From assembly GCF_009914755.1 (NCBI RefSeq), contig NC_060945.1: a stretch of DNA of 64,000 nucleotides, one strand, 5' to 3'. The translations under genes and the position numbers were made by a program. Positions 39,935 to 54,524 of this stretch are shown piece after piece (positions within the stretch are counted from its first letter, which is position 1; each line of letters starts with the position of its first letter). The notes under the pieces are model-generated. The model did no database searches. It saw only the letters and a list, made by a program, of their open reading frames with translations, and had not been told where the DNA came from. This DNA is from the human T2T-CHM13v2.0 reference genome, Homo sapiens.

Positions 39935-40675
39935 TCCAAATTTTAAATGAGCCCCTTGTGAGAAGGAAAAGAATCTGCTGTCCACAGAAGCCAGGCGTGG
40001 AGCTACTTCAACCAGAAACTGTCACCCATGACACTCTGTGTGGGTTCAGTCACACAGACCACGATCCATTATGGAAGGGAGGGAGAAAAGGATCACATCA
40101 AATCTACTGTATGCCTCATAGACCATCCCTTATTTCAAAAATAGAAATTCCTATTTAAATGCCGCCCGTGTGCGACAGGCCTGATATTTGCTTCTGCATG
40201 TGGCAGATCTGTTATTGCTTACACTGTGGCCTCCTGGCCTGTGCTGCTCAGCTGGCCCTGTTAGAGAACATGGGAACCACATCAAAATCCTAAGTCACAA
40301 AACAAGGGCTCTGTCCCCAGCCTGGGCCCAGGGGCCCACATGCCCACCTCCACAGCCCAGTCAAGTGTGGGGATAAGGCACTCCTCTGTGCTCTGAGCTA
40401 AGATATGGTAGAGTCCCTTCTGAATTTTGAGTTGCAAAGAATGATTTTGTGCTAATAAATTCCCAGTGCATCCAAAATGTACAAAAACCCTAGAATTTCC
40501 AGTTTTTAGATTGAAAAAAAAAATTTTTTTCTGTAGATCCAGAAGAAACTTTCATTGAAACTTTAAAGACCTCACCTGCACCTGCTCTAGTAATGCACTA
40601 GTTACTAATATACAAACGTAAATCTTTGATGAGTATGGTCGGGAAAAAACTGTCTGTCCTTGTGATCAGCAATAA

Positions 40676-40973
<298 letters not shown>

Positions 40974-41633
40974 AATCAGCAATAAATTTCTTTTCTATTT
41001 ACCCCATTTCTTATTAATTCACACTTCAAAAAAGCATTTCCTGGAAGTATTTCTAAGTGTGATGGTTTGTAATATATAACAAATGAAAAGATGTAATTAG
41101 ATTATAAGAAAAGCATCTGCCTGTAAAATATGAAGGAAGAAAGGAAGTAATGGACTCCTCATGGGGCCCACAGGGAACCAGGAAGGACCCAGAAAGGGTG
41201 CCGGGCCCTTCCCCTGTGCTGCAGCTACAGGGCCCCATTTCTTCAGAAGGAGCGTTCTGGGTATTCCATCGTCCCCTGGAAGTCTGGCAGGTACAACCCC
41301 CTCAACACTCCAGGGAGGGAGGGAATCCACAGGAAGCCATGAACTGCTGGTTTCAGCGGGGAGAGGTAGTGCTGACAGCTCTGATAATCTACCTGAAGCC
41401 CTTTGTGAGGAATACTGTAAAACTGCAGTAAGCTGTCAATATTCGACATTAAGTCATCATTTCAGAAGAGAAGCCTGTTTGAAGTAGGAAAGGTTTGAAA
41501 AAAAAAAAAGATGCCGTGGTTCTTGCAAGTCTGCCTTGTTTGGTACCAGCACAGAGCATCACTGTCACTAAGTGTGCCGGGGGAGAATGCTGAGCTGCTT
41601 GGCGGTGTGTGTGCGCCTGTGCGAGGCCAGGTC

Positions 41634-41746
41634 TCACAGTCCCAGAGACTTCTGGACGATCTGCTTGGCAATCTTATAGAACTGCTCCCGGTCATCGCGC
41701 CACATTTTGGACGCATCCACGTTAGCTCCACTTTCGTCATTGGGCT
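41634..41746 (-). CDS. UBE2G2: UBE2G2 last coding exon (exon 6 CDS part)
   Basis: tttcag|AGCCCAATGAC... encodes (E)PNDESGANVDASKMWRDDREQFYKIAKQIVQKSLGL-TGA (inside ORF 41634..41846). Confidence 0.97.
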
Positions 41747-42759
41747 CTGAAAGAAAAGGGAACACCCTCCATGTAAAAGGGAGTCTTATACGTAAGCAGC
41801 CTGGCAAGGTCTCCCATTTATTTAAAACACTGGCGGGGGCTTTCAAGAGCTGTGTCCCAGAAACAAAGAACCTGAGAACTGCATGGGGTCGGCCCCACCT
41901 CTAGAGTGCTGGCCACGCAGGTCTCAACGAAAGCCACTCTCATGACTCCTGCGTTCTGAGTGTCTGAAGACACCAGGACAAGTTGTCATCTGTCTTGCTG
42001 TGGAACATGCGACAACCACCTAAGCACAGGCCCACACGGCCTCCCACAGCAGCCTCCTGGGCCACTGCACTTCTGGCACCCGGACAAGCTACACGGGGAC
42101 CACCTGCTGCTTATTTCACCTTTCTCAAGACACTCTGCAGTGTGGCTTCTCTCTCACAGAGCGCCCTCTCAGCAAAACTGCCCCTCACAGCTCCTACCAA
42201 GACAATCCCAAGCAAATGTGCAGCCTAAGGTAGACACCTGACCCCAGGATACCTGACCCACCCCCTAGCCAGCGGCACTGGCAGTCACTGCAGAACTGCA
42301 GTTAGGAGGCACGGAGGGAGTAGCCAGGGCCTGCCGGAAGGCAGAACGGAGAGAGACCACCAGAACTGGATGACATGTGCTGAGGCAGCAGCTGTGCAGT
42401 GCGGCGGTGGCGCTGCTCAGAATGCACGTGGGGACCGGTTCAGAGCAGAGTTGATGAGGATAAAACCCACAGCTGACATCTGAGGACAGCCTGAGCCACT
42501 GCCTCCCTCCCAATCTCCAATCCCCTGGCCTGGCTCCCTCCACTCAGCACATGAAGAGGGTTCACGCCTCAGCCCTCTCAGGATACACACTCGCGTCACA
42601 GGCCCTGACCTCACATCCCTCTAGACCCCACTCCACGGCACCCAAAGGCTCTGCAGAGAATAGCTGAGTGGCCTCACTCTGGCATCGACCCCTGGCCCTC
42701 TGCTGGGTCTGCTCTTTCCTTTCGGACTTGCCGCCTTCCTTTCCCACACCCTTCCTCCT

Positions 42760-43555
42760 GACTGCCCTGGAAGACCCCTCCCTGCTATGCTGTCACCCTC
42801 CGTCCTACTCCATCACCTACTGCCTCATCCAGAAATGACCCCACATCTTCACTCTCATGTCTGACCCCCTTTTGTGGATGGAGGCCCCTTGTCCCACACA
42901 CCTCAAACTATTCCCCAAATCCTGCTGTCTCCTGAACCCAGAGCAGCACCTCTGGTAGACAAAGAACCAGGAGTCCCAGAGCCTGTACCTTCAAGGTCTC
43001 CCAAACCCACCCCTTCCTCTTAGCCCTGGGACCACTCAGCCCTTCTCTTTTCTCTCCAGGCTACTGCAACACCACGATGTCTCTGTTTGTCTTCCATCAC
43101 ACTATTGGTTACTGCTGCAAGGATGGCCCTTCGAAGGCACAGCTCACAGGACATCACACCCCCAACTCCAATCCCCAGGGTCTGCTGGGGCTCCTCTCCC
43201 TGCAGCCTTGGCTCCAGCCAAAATGAGCTGGCAGTGCCCCCATCAAGTCAGCCACCTCCTGCCTCTGGGCCTCAGCCCAGGCTGCTTCCTTTGCCCCAAA
43301 ACCCCATTCCCTCCCTCCTACCTCATCAACACCTACATGTCCTAAACACACCCCAGACAGCCCCACCAGGAAGTGGCCCGAGAGTCCCTGCATGTGTCTG
43401 ATCTTAGGGTGCATCCCACTGGCCTCTAACTGCTGGTAGGCTTGGACAGTTCCCTAGAACGTAGGAACAAAGAGTTGGGGTCTTTGTCACACGAAGCTTT
43501 ACACCCCCAGTCCAGTGTGTGGCATGTAGTGGGTCCTCAATAAACACCTACTGAG
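42760..43555 (+). mobile_element. Degenerate L2 fragment
   Basis: Ends with an L2-type 3' terminus tggcatgtagtgggtcctcaataaacacctactga. Confidence 0.5.
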
Positions 43556-43803
43556 GGAAAAAGACGATCAAGGACCAGAGACCAGTTAATTATGGCCGAC
43601 AATACAATATACAACCCCAGGCTATGCTAGAAGGTATGCTTACAATTGGAAAAGTGTAGGCAGATAACATTAAATGGCAATAGCATGTGTAAACTAACTG
43701 CAAATGAGGAAAAGGACATTCTAAAGACAGGATGACGCAAGGCTGGAGAACACCTGCAGCCTGGGTGTCCACGGCAGCTCCTGCCAGGAGGCTCGGGCCT
43801 TAC

Positions 43804-43944
43804 CTGCCAGCATGCTCACCACCGACAGCAGGATCTTCTCCACACTCTGCACAGGACTCCACCGCTCCGCGCTGCTCTCGTAGCCCATGGGGTCATCGCC
43901 TGGCGCGTGGAGGATGGAAATGCAGACTCTCCCATCAGGGTAGA
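43804..43944 (-). CDS. UBE2G2: UBE2G2 coding exon 5 (141 nt), catalytic Cys and acidic loop
   Basis: cag|TCTACCCTGATGGG...CTGGCAG|gtaagg encodes [46 protein letters not shown] (inside ORF 43721..44077); contains the active-site Cys and the Ubc7/Cdc34-type acidic insertion. Confidence 0.98.
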
Positions 43945-44949
43945 CTGCAAGGGTCAGAGGCAGCCAAGTGAGCCCAGGAATGGTGCCCGAGGCATCGCCG
44001 CGCTTGGGCAGGCTCCACAGATAATGAGAACAAAGACTGCAGACACAGCAACCAAGCTGTTTGCACAGCTGGGGCATAGCCTGGGGCCCTGAGTGTCACG
44101 CTTCATGTCTGCAGGAATCCCGGTGGGGCCTGCTCACTCACTGACAGGCTCCAGGCTGACCCAGCCAGTTCTAATCAGCTGTCGTAGTCTAATCCACTTT
44201 CATATGAATTTTTTTCAAGCAATATATACAAAAAGACTAAATGAAAGGTTATCTGGCAAATATTTTATCAAAATATCTAATGTGATTAGGATTATTTACA
44301 ATACTTTTCAGAGCTAGTTCCTTAGCTATTTCTAATTCTATCATTAAATCCCTGAACCGGTCTGTGTAAAATATATGTTCACATGGCTATGATAAAGGCA
44401 ACTGGAATTATGTAAATATCTACAAAAAGAAAGGCACCAGGATTTCTCTTGGTAGCTTACTCTAATAATAAGTAAATTATCATCAGTACAACCTGGAATG
44501 TAGGTCAATGTGTCTAAATCAAATCCCTTTCCACCAAATATCATCATTAAAAAGATACACAAGGTCTGATAAAGAGAAATAAATTTTCAATTCACAGCAT
44601 TTAATCAGTCCTCTTTTACATATAATTGGGAGGAATTCTCAGATGGCTCCATATATACTCAGATATGCAGTAATCCATCTAGATAGACTCAACTGTAAAA
44701 TTATAAAGCCATTAAAGTTATAATAATAGAAATAGCAATTTTAAAATACATTTATTTAACTCACCTGAGTTAATAAGCTCTGAATTTCATGAAAATTCAC
44801 AAATGTGAATGGCGATCACTTACCTTCAAACAGTCTTGTCTTTCATACCTGGTCCTATGTGTTTCCACTCATCCATTGTTTCAGTGGTGAACGTTCAGTG
44901 GTGAACGCTCTACTATCCAGGAACTGAACCACAACTTCTCATTCAAGGA

Positions 44950-45705
44950 GAGTGGAAGAAACTAGATGCATACTTGCCCTGGACATCAGGCTGTCCACCT
45001 AAGATCCACATCCACAAAATCAGGAAGTTTCCCACTTCTGTGTTGCCTTCTCCAGGAGTTGGTCCCATAGGGTGACACTGCATCCACAGAAGCATCAAAA
45101 GCACCTGTGTCCCTGCCACAGCCCCTCCTTCACCAAGTCCCAGCAGTGCCATGTCCTAAACCTCTCGTGGATCCACACACATCTCTTTATCTTTAGTGCC
45201 CACATTTAGTTCCCAAGTTGCCGGTGTCTCTACCCTAGACCACTACAGCCGAGGGCCTGCCTGGCTTCCTCCCACCTGTCCTTTGCACTGTACCCAGAGC
45301 GAGCCGTCAGAGATCATTCTGGTCATGCCACTCCCTTGGAGTCTTTCAATGGAGTTCCGCCACTCCCAGGAGAAAACATCAAAACCTTCAGTATTGACCA
45401 AAAGGCCTGAGGTAGTTTGGCCCCGGCCTTCCTCTCCCGTCACTTCCTGCGCTGGGCCTTTGCACATGTGAAGGGCCCCTCCTCCCCGAATCACTCAGGT
45501 AACTCCTGCTTCACTCCCTACAGATGGTCCATCCAACCACCACCTCTGCAAGGTGCTGCCCAGAACTTCCTGATGTGACTTTGCGTTTTGTTTGTGTGAT
45601 TCTCCTATCAATGTCCATCCCTGTCCTTGGAATATAAGCTCCTGAAGGTCTGCTATTATTTGCTCACCACTGTATACCAGCAACTTTCAGTACGTGTGTT
45701 GAATT
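44950..45705 (+). mobile_element. Degenerate L2 fragment
   Basis: gggcctttgcacatg...gaatataagctcctgaagg...ctcaccactgtatacc...tgttgaat. Confidence 0.55.
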
Positions 45706-46806
45706 GTTTTTAAAGTATTTATTGACTAGTTTTTATGATATTGGTAGACCTATAGTTCTCAAAGATAATTTTTAAAAAATCAAAATAATCCAATTACAGT
45801 AAGGCAAAAATTTATATTATCTGAGCATTAAAAATAATTACCAGAACATTAAAAATAATAATCAGACCACCTGTAGTACATAGTCACATAAGGTAATCAG
45901 TTTATTGGTCATATTTGTCACTAATGCCATGTCACAGGTATTGTTCTGAATAATATATTTCTCCTCAATACAATCTTAGTATTTTAATTACCTACAATCC
46001 TCTTCATAGTTGCATTTTATAGCTAACCAATTTGAAACTACTTCAATTACTCTTACCTATCAATTGTATTTTTTAACTTTTTATTATGGAGAATTCCAAA
46101 AACACACTCAAGTAGACAGCGTGTGATGAACCTCCATGTTATCATCTAACTCAGGCGCATGGCCAGTCTCCCTGAAAGAAGGCACGCTTCTGAGCATCCC
46201 CTGTGCACACAAGACTGAAGCAGCTTTGAGATAAGAAAAGAAGTACCAAATGGTCTCTCTCAGGCAGCCGCCCACTACCTATGTGTACCAATATCTGCAG
46301 TAAATGAGAAGTCCTAAACGAGGGTTAGGACAGCAAGTCTATTGGCAGACGGCATTTCCACCAGTGAAGTGGCCGGGGGTGGGGGGGTAGTCCTGAAAAC
46401 CCCTATGGCAAAGATGTAAAAGGAAGAATGTAAAAGGAAAAAATAAAAACTACAGCTGTTCAGAAATTCCAATTCCTACTACTGGACACATTTTCAAATA
46501 AGCTACAGTACAATTCACTTAAATGACCTTATTTTTTTCCTCCTTTTAAAATTAATATATATTAATTTTAGGGCAAAAAAAGATTTACAAAAAGGAAAAA
46601 AAATTTCAATCCGAAAAAAGAATCACTTTTAACATTTTTGTGCTTACTTCTCCAGTTATATATACATTTACATGTGAATTTCTTTTTCAAGAGGAAATTA
46701 TAACAGTGCTACTGCTTTTCCCAGTCAATATAACACAAATACTACTTTGTATCATTGATTCTTCTTTTAGATCATTTAAAAAATCTACATCACATTCTAA
46801 CATATA

Positions 46807-47168
46807 TGATATAGTTTGGGTGTGTCCCCACCCAAATCTCATCTTGAATTGTAGCTCCCATAATTCCCACATGTCATGGGAGGGACCCAGTGGGAAGTAC
46901 TGAATCATGGAGGCACATCTTTCCCGTGCTGTTCTCGTGATAGTGTACAAGTCTCACGAGATCTGATGGTTCTGTAAAGGGCAGTTCCCCTGCACACACT
47001 CTCTTGCCTGCCGCCACTAAGATGTGCTTTTGCTTCTCCTTTGCCTTCTGCCATGATTGTGAGGTCTCCCCAGCCATGTGGAACTGTGAGTCCATTAAAT
47101 CTCTTTCCTTTATAAATTACCCAGACTTGAATATGTCTTTATTAGCAGCGTGACAACAGACTAATACA
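46807..47168 (+). mobile_element. THE1(B)-type solo LTR
   Basis: tgatatagtttgggtgtgtccccacccaaatctcatcttgaattgtagctccc...gactaataca; 5-bp TSD ATATA. Confidence 0.9.
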
Positions 47169-47555
47169 ATATATAACTTAATTTATTCTTGTGTTAAAAA
47201 CCCAGGTTAAGTCAAAATTTTCACCATTACAAATAACACTATGACAAAGATTAGCATAACCCCTTCTGAGCACACACCCATGTGTAAAACTTCCTCCCCA
47301 GTGAAGTAGGGTGGCTGGGTCAAATGGCATCCGGTTTTAGGTGCCTGTTGTCTTTTATCTATATTAAACTGACCTTCAAAATTGAAATCATGTGCTTAAT
47401 ACCACCATGCTTACTTGGCTGAATTTCAAAACATAAGAAGTGTTTTCTAAAGATCTACATCATAGACATATAGAATATACCACATTTCAGGTGGCTGATA
47501 ATATTATCTCCGTACCTATCCTGGTACCACAAAAACTACTTCCAAAAGCACTTAC

Positions 47556-47674
47556 TGTTGGGATGAAACATCTCACAGGTAAATCTCATCTTTGGGGGAC
47601 TTAACGGGTAATCAAGTGGGAAACTCAGGATGGCAGGAAAAACACCAAACTCAAAGCAGGTGTCTTCTGGGCCC
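47556..47674 (-). CDS. UBE2G2: UBE2G2 coding exon 4 (119 nt)
   Basis: tag|GGGCCCAGAAGAC...CCCAACA|gtaagt encodes [39 protein letters not shown], including the E2 HPN motif; phases fit both neighbours. Confidence 0.97.
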
Positions 47675-47769
47675 CTAGAAGATATAAAATACGTAGACTG
47701 AACTTCAAAGTACATTTTTCAACGTCGACCACAATTGACAAATGGGTTAAGAACATTTTTACCACTTTA

Positions 47770-48117
<348 letters not shown>

Positions 48118-51100
48118 CTAAGTAACAATGAATTGGTACTTTCTTTTCAGTGGAAAGCAATGTCCCATTCTCCAGTTTCAATCTGGTCTAAATCTTAGGT
48201 ACAAGTACAAAGACTGAATTCCAGGCAGTTTTCACATTTATGAAGGTTAAGAGTCAAGCAGCAGAACCTCTTGATAAGAAGGGGATCAGAGAAAAGAACT
48301 AATGTCAATGCTCTAAGATCTGGGAGTTTTTTCTGCAGATGTGGTACAATCACATTTTAGGATAAGGGTATGAATTACGGCACAGGGTATAGCAAGATTA
48401 CATTGTATTTCAACAGATGTGGGGCTAAGAGTTGTATTTCAAAGGTGATTTTTAATTTTTAAACGTGCCCAAGAAGGCATCTTTGCAACCTTCAAGAAGC
48501 AGATGAAGAGCACATGTGATCACTGCTGCATGCTCGGTGAAAGGCTAGGCACACAGGCACCACCACTCCAGGCTGCACCTGCAGGCCCATGTGCTGTGCC
48601 TCATCCCACTGATGCAACATTGGAGCAACTCCCCGTCATGGGCACAGACACAGGCACTGAGTCTCCCTGGACCTATACTTTCCTCACGTGTAAATGGAAG
48701 AAATAGATGAAACCATTTCAGAAATCCTGCTTAAGGTTTAAAACCCAACAAGTATAAATTAACACTATCTTGACCAACAGTTCAAGGCATGATGGCCACA
48801 GGAGAGGAAGAGTGTCAGCCATACTATGCCTGTACCTTCACACCAGGGACGAACTCCTCTTCTCCTACAAATCACATTAATAAAACACACATTGGAGGAG
48901 TTCTAAAAGATCTTGCACCATCTTTCTTTGATAAGGAAGCAGGACTGCTGAATGACAGCGGCAGACAACGAAACAGTGGAAGTTGCACTGGGTGTGACTC
49001 ATCAGATCAATAAATAGGTCAGTAAACCCGTTCTCCGTCTACGAACTGAAAGAACAAGTCCCTTCCTAAACAGCTCTGCTCCTCTAACAACAAAGGCTAA
49101 GGCAGAAAGAACAGTCGTGCAGGGGCCGAGGCCTGGATGAGCAGAGGACAGTCCACACCAGACCTACTGCCTTCAGAAAGAATCCAGGATATGGCACAGG
49201 AAAAAAATAATTTAAAAAAATATACGTTTTAAATCTTCAGTTAAAAAATAGATTTCTTAAAAGTAAAAATTTGTTTTAAAAATCTTAAAATTATCTTGGT
49301 TCAGTGAAATTAATAACAACAGACTTGGAAATATTTATCTCTATAATTAAAGGAAAAAGACAAAAATCAAAAAGAAACTGAACGAAGAGCTTTAGCTTTC
49401 ACCTGGAGGCGGCACTCAGGGCTGTCGGCAGCAACAGCAGATGCCAGCACGGCTCATGGCCCTAGCAGGGCTGATCTGCGGGCAACAGTCAGAAGAGAAC
49501 AAAGCAGTGATTGCTTCATGGAGACAAGATTTTTCAATCTAAAAGACAAATTTTGATTCTGAAAACTGTCTTTGCTACCTTTTCAGAAGAAGATAGCGAA
49601 TATGGCCACTTTGTTTTGGGGAGCTGGGGTGGGGGGGGGGTACTGTGTGACAGTCCCCAGAGCCTCAGCATGACCAGCACAGGGAACGCCACCGAGGGAG
49701 GCACGAGCATGAGCTCTTGCTACTGGTACAACAGCCGCGCTGGAGAGGACAGTGCCCGGATGAGTACCCCCCCCCGGCCCACACTGGCACCCAGCGCCCG
49801 GCAGCCTGGGGACGCCTCAAGCCTGGGTTACTCTGCTCCCCCTGCAATGGCCTGAACAAACACATTCCTGAAGCCCCGCCTTCTCAACACAGGGTGGGCA
49901 CACACCATGTATCAGAGTGAGGCGTGGCCACCCCGAGCCTCCTGTCCAGTACAAGAGCTCAGAGCAAACGATAACCACCACCCATTCATTCTCCACACGC
50001 CCTCTGATGAAAGGGCACCAAGGATTGTGGTTTTCATTTTACTGTCAAGCAAGGCTGGAAAATCCAAGGATGAAATGACTTAGTCAAGGTCCTAGATCAA
50101 TTTAGTATTAGAGTTAAGAGAACACAGTTCAAACTGCGAAATCAGAAGTCAGGCACATAAAGATACTATCTTTAAAAGTAACACTGTTCATATGTCAGGA
50201 ATGCTTGCCAGCACTCAATATTTCTGGCACCTCTGAGTCCAGAATAAGAAAAAATGTCTGGGGTAGTGTTTTTGGAATGAGCCAAATGGTATTTGCTCAA
50301 TACTTTGATAACAGTTCTTTGTTTCTCATAATAGGGCTTTCTTTAAAAAAAATTTTTTTTAATCCACCAGGTCGTTCCTAGCCTCAGAAGCATGACCAAA
50401 CATTTCCTGAAGTGCGCCCACATCTTAAATATCAAAGTTATTTGCAAATGCTCCGGTTTACTACTGGTTTGAAACTGGGATTTCTTTCTCTTTTCTAGAA
50501 CGCCTGGCGCCCAGACAGGAGGGCAGATGGGCAGTGGTGTGCAGCAGCATGCCTGACCCCATGGAACATGCCTTCCAGGCAACTCCCGAGCCAGGAGTGG
50601 GAGACGCCACAGTGCTGTTTTTGGACAAGTTTTATTGCCATACTCCCAGACAACCTCACTTCTCTTTCACCGAAGATGGCCTCACCTGGGAATCTTCAAA
50701 AGAAACAACAACAAGGAGGACACAAATATATCCAAAGCAAATGTAAATTTTTCAAAGCCTGCAAATTATGCTGCCTTATTGATTGAAATCATGACCTAAA
50801 CTCTTTCGGAGCTGAGCTAAGGACAAGCATTAGATTAAGCATCATAATGACCCTGCACTCTACACAGGAGGCACGCTTGCAACAGCTCAGACTGTTTTGC
50901 TGTCTTGTGGGTGAATTAGATACAAAAGCAAATATTGAAAACACCCATGGCCTACTCCTGACTAGCAATTCTCTCTCCTCACAAAGGACAACTGCCTTGT
51001 CACTGTCCTCCTCCAGAGTTGTGACCATTCCTCAGCAACAGTGTGGGTCACTTATATGCCAGTGAAAAGCGAAGATCAGCCTCTTCTGTCTTTCCACACT

Positions 51101-52539
51101 CAACTCAAGGGAGAGATTGTTCTTCTTTGCATTGCCTTTCTAACACTTTTTACTTTCTAGATAAGAGAAGCAGCAGGCAGGTCAGAGTGCCTTATGGAGC
51201 ACCCAGGGCAAGTGGGTGCCCTGAGCTTCGCCGGCAAGCGGTGTTCCAGGAACTGGTGCGCTCGCCACTTCAGCTGCACGCAGGTGTTGGGAAAGCCGAC
51301 TGCTTTTGCTGCTGTTCTCTTTATCAAGTTTGTCACAGCACATAGACAAGAAGTCTCCAACGCACATGTGATAAAGAATTAAAATCACAGAGAATGCAAA
51401 CTCATCCATCAGTATTTAAAACCTGAAGTGGATGACTAAGGGACGATGGCCCTCCAAAAGCTGGAGCCAGCTGAGCTGGAGACGGGAAGGGCAAACTGCT
51501 TCATGGGCACCCTCCACTCTGGGGGAAGGATAAGCACCTCCCTTACGCTACAGAATCGACAGAGGGCACCCAGCAGGAAGGGCATGAGGGCTCCCGGCAT
51601 CTGAGCTTGGGTGCGTCTCCTTCCTTCAGTCCCTGCTCTGCAGTTCAGCAAAAGCTTCTTGCCGATGTTCCCACCCCACTAATGCCCAGGACAGCAGGAC
51701 CAAGGTGGGCTGCACACACAGCCCCCACACTGGGCACTTTAAAAGCCCTAGGACACTGGCTCTGCTATGCCAGGTTGTGCTTGTGGCTGTGCCAGGCAGT
51801 GAGGAGTTAAATAGAAACTGATCCCAATACCCTCGTAGCAAGAGGACGAGGCTGTAAGAAGCCGTGATTTGGGGAAGTGCCTTCCTGCACTTTCCTCCAG
51901 CACTTGGTCTCCACCAGGATGACATATTTGACCCTCACCCCCAGAGCAGGGCCCTGGCTCTGGTTTAAACCCAGAGATCCCCTGTGTTTCCTTTCTGTTT
52001 TGTGGTGTTCTAAGCACCCCAGGCGATACTCAGGTAGATAACCAATGCTAAGAACTGCTCGGAAGAAAAGGGGGAACATTTCCATTTTATGAAATCATAG
52101 TAGGGGCAAATATAGCTTTTGCTCCATATAATTATTTTCATAGTTAAACCTGTCCAAAAGGCATCTACAGCCATACCCTAATTATTTTTTGCAATATAGA
52201 TGTTTCTTAAAATTTTTAAATCTAATATATTTGAACTATAAAGTGTACTAAATAAGTTCATCAATTATAAGAACTTTATAGTATATTCTAACATAGACAA
52301 TCACTTTTACAACATAAACTTTGACCTTATTTAACTAGGAAAATAAAAGAATGTTGGAAAATATTCAAATACAGAAGTATATAAAATAAAAAGCAAATAC
52401 CTCCCTCACTCCCCCTCCCAAAATCACCTCCTTGAGGTAACCAGAGTTAAGTTTGGTTATTGTTCCAGCTTTTCTCTATGTGTGTATAAATTCACATACT
52501 CTAATCTACAAAACTGGATTTCTAAAAATTCAAATGTAT

Positions 52540-54130
52540 CATGGCATTGCTGAGAATTTTAAAACACCTAAATAAATGGAGAGACAGTCCATGTTCATGG
52601 ATTAGAGCACTCAGTACTGATATGATGGCAATATCCCTCAAACTTATCTAAAGATTCAATGTAGTCTCAATCAAAATCCCACCAGGCATTTTGTAGAAAT
52701 TGACAAGCTGACCCTAAAATGTAATGGAAATGCAATGGCCTAGTAAACAATCTTGAAAAAGAACAAAGTTGGCGGACTTAAATTTCCCAATTTTAAAACT
52801 TACCATGAAGCTCCAGTAATCAAGACAGTGTAGTAATGGCCTAAGGATAGGCATAGATCAATGGAATGCAATTCAGAGTCCAAAAATAAATCCTTGCATT
52901 TATAGTCAACTGATTTTTGACAAAGGTGCCAAAATTATGCAATGGGGAAAGAACTGTCTTTTCAACAAATGGTGCTGAGACAACTGGATAACCACATACA
53001 AAAGAATGAAACAGACTCCCACCTAACTCCATACATGACACTAAGTCAATCAAAATAGATCAAAGGCCTAAATGTAAAAGTGAAAAAACACAAAACTTCT
53101 ACAAGCAAACATAAGAGAAAATCTTTGCAACCTTGGGTTATATACAACACCAAAAGCATGCTCTATATAAGAAAAAAAATGCAAAATCACACTTCATCAA
53201 AATTAACAACTTTTTAGTTTCAAAAGACTCTATTAAGAAAACAAAATGGAGAGTTGCAGATTGGAAGAAAATATTTAAAAATCCTATGTCTAATGAAGGA
53301 CTTGTATCAAAATATATTTTAAAAACTCTTAACGTTCCATCAACAAGAAAACAACCGAATATAAAAATGGGGAAAAGTTCTGAAGTTCACCAAAGAAGAT
53401 ACATGAACGGCCAATAAGCCCATTAAGAGATGCTCAACATCATTAGTCGTCAAGGAAATCCAAGTCAAATCTGTAAGGAGACCCCACTTTACACCCACAA
53501 GAACAGCTGTTATCAGACAACAGCAGTGTTGGTGTGGAAGTGGAGAAACTGGAATGCTCATACACTGCTGCTGGGAATGCAAAATGGTGAGCTACTCTAG
53601 GAAGATAGTCTGATAGTTTCTTAAAACATTAAACGCAAATTTACTCCACACCCCAGCAATTCCACACCTCTATATCTGGTCTAGAGAAATGAACTCCATG
53701 TCCACACAGACAGTGTGACAAGACAAGTGTTTACAGCAGCATTGCTCAAAAGAGCCAAAAAGTAGGAAGCCCAAATGTCCATCAACTGGGGAATGGAAAA
53801 GGAAGGAGCTGCTGATACATGGTATAACATGGATGAACTGCAAATACATTCTGCCAAGTACAAGAAGCCAGGCACAGATGATTAGACAGTGTATGATTCC
53901 ACACATAGGAAAAGTCAGAAAAGGCAAATCTATAGTCAGAGGAAAGAGCAGGGATTGCCTGGGGGTTGGAATGGGAACTGTCTGCACATAGACATAAGAA
54001 TCTTTTTGGAAATGTTCTAAAACTGGACTGTGGTGATGACTACAAAACTCTAGAAATTTACTAAAACCACTAACTTTTATACTTAATGCAAGTAAAACTT
54101 ACAGTATGTAAATTATCTCAATAAAGCTGT
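52540..54130 (+). mobile_element. L1MB-type 3' portion (ORF2 C-terminus remnant and 3' UTR)
   Basis: ctaaataaatggagagac...ccatgttcatggatt...tttcaacaaatggtgctgagacaactggata...tcaataaagctgtt. Confidence 0.85.
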
Positions 54131-54133
54131 TTA

Positions 54134-54524
<391 letters not shown>

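Noticed and set aside
43945-44077. N-terminal part of ORF 43721..44077 (and of 41634..41846) as extra coding sequence
   Set aside because: Lies upstream of canonical acceptors; intronic read-through of the frame
44881-44908. 14-bp tandem duplications here and at about 2897-2926
   Set aside because: Ordinary slippage duplications with no further structure
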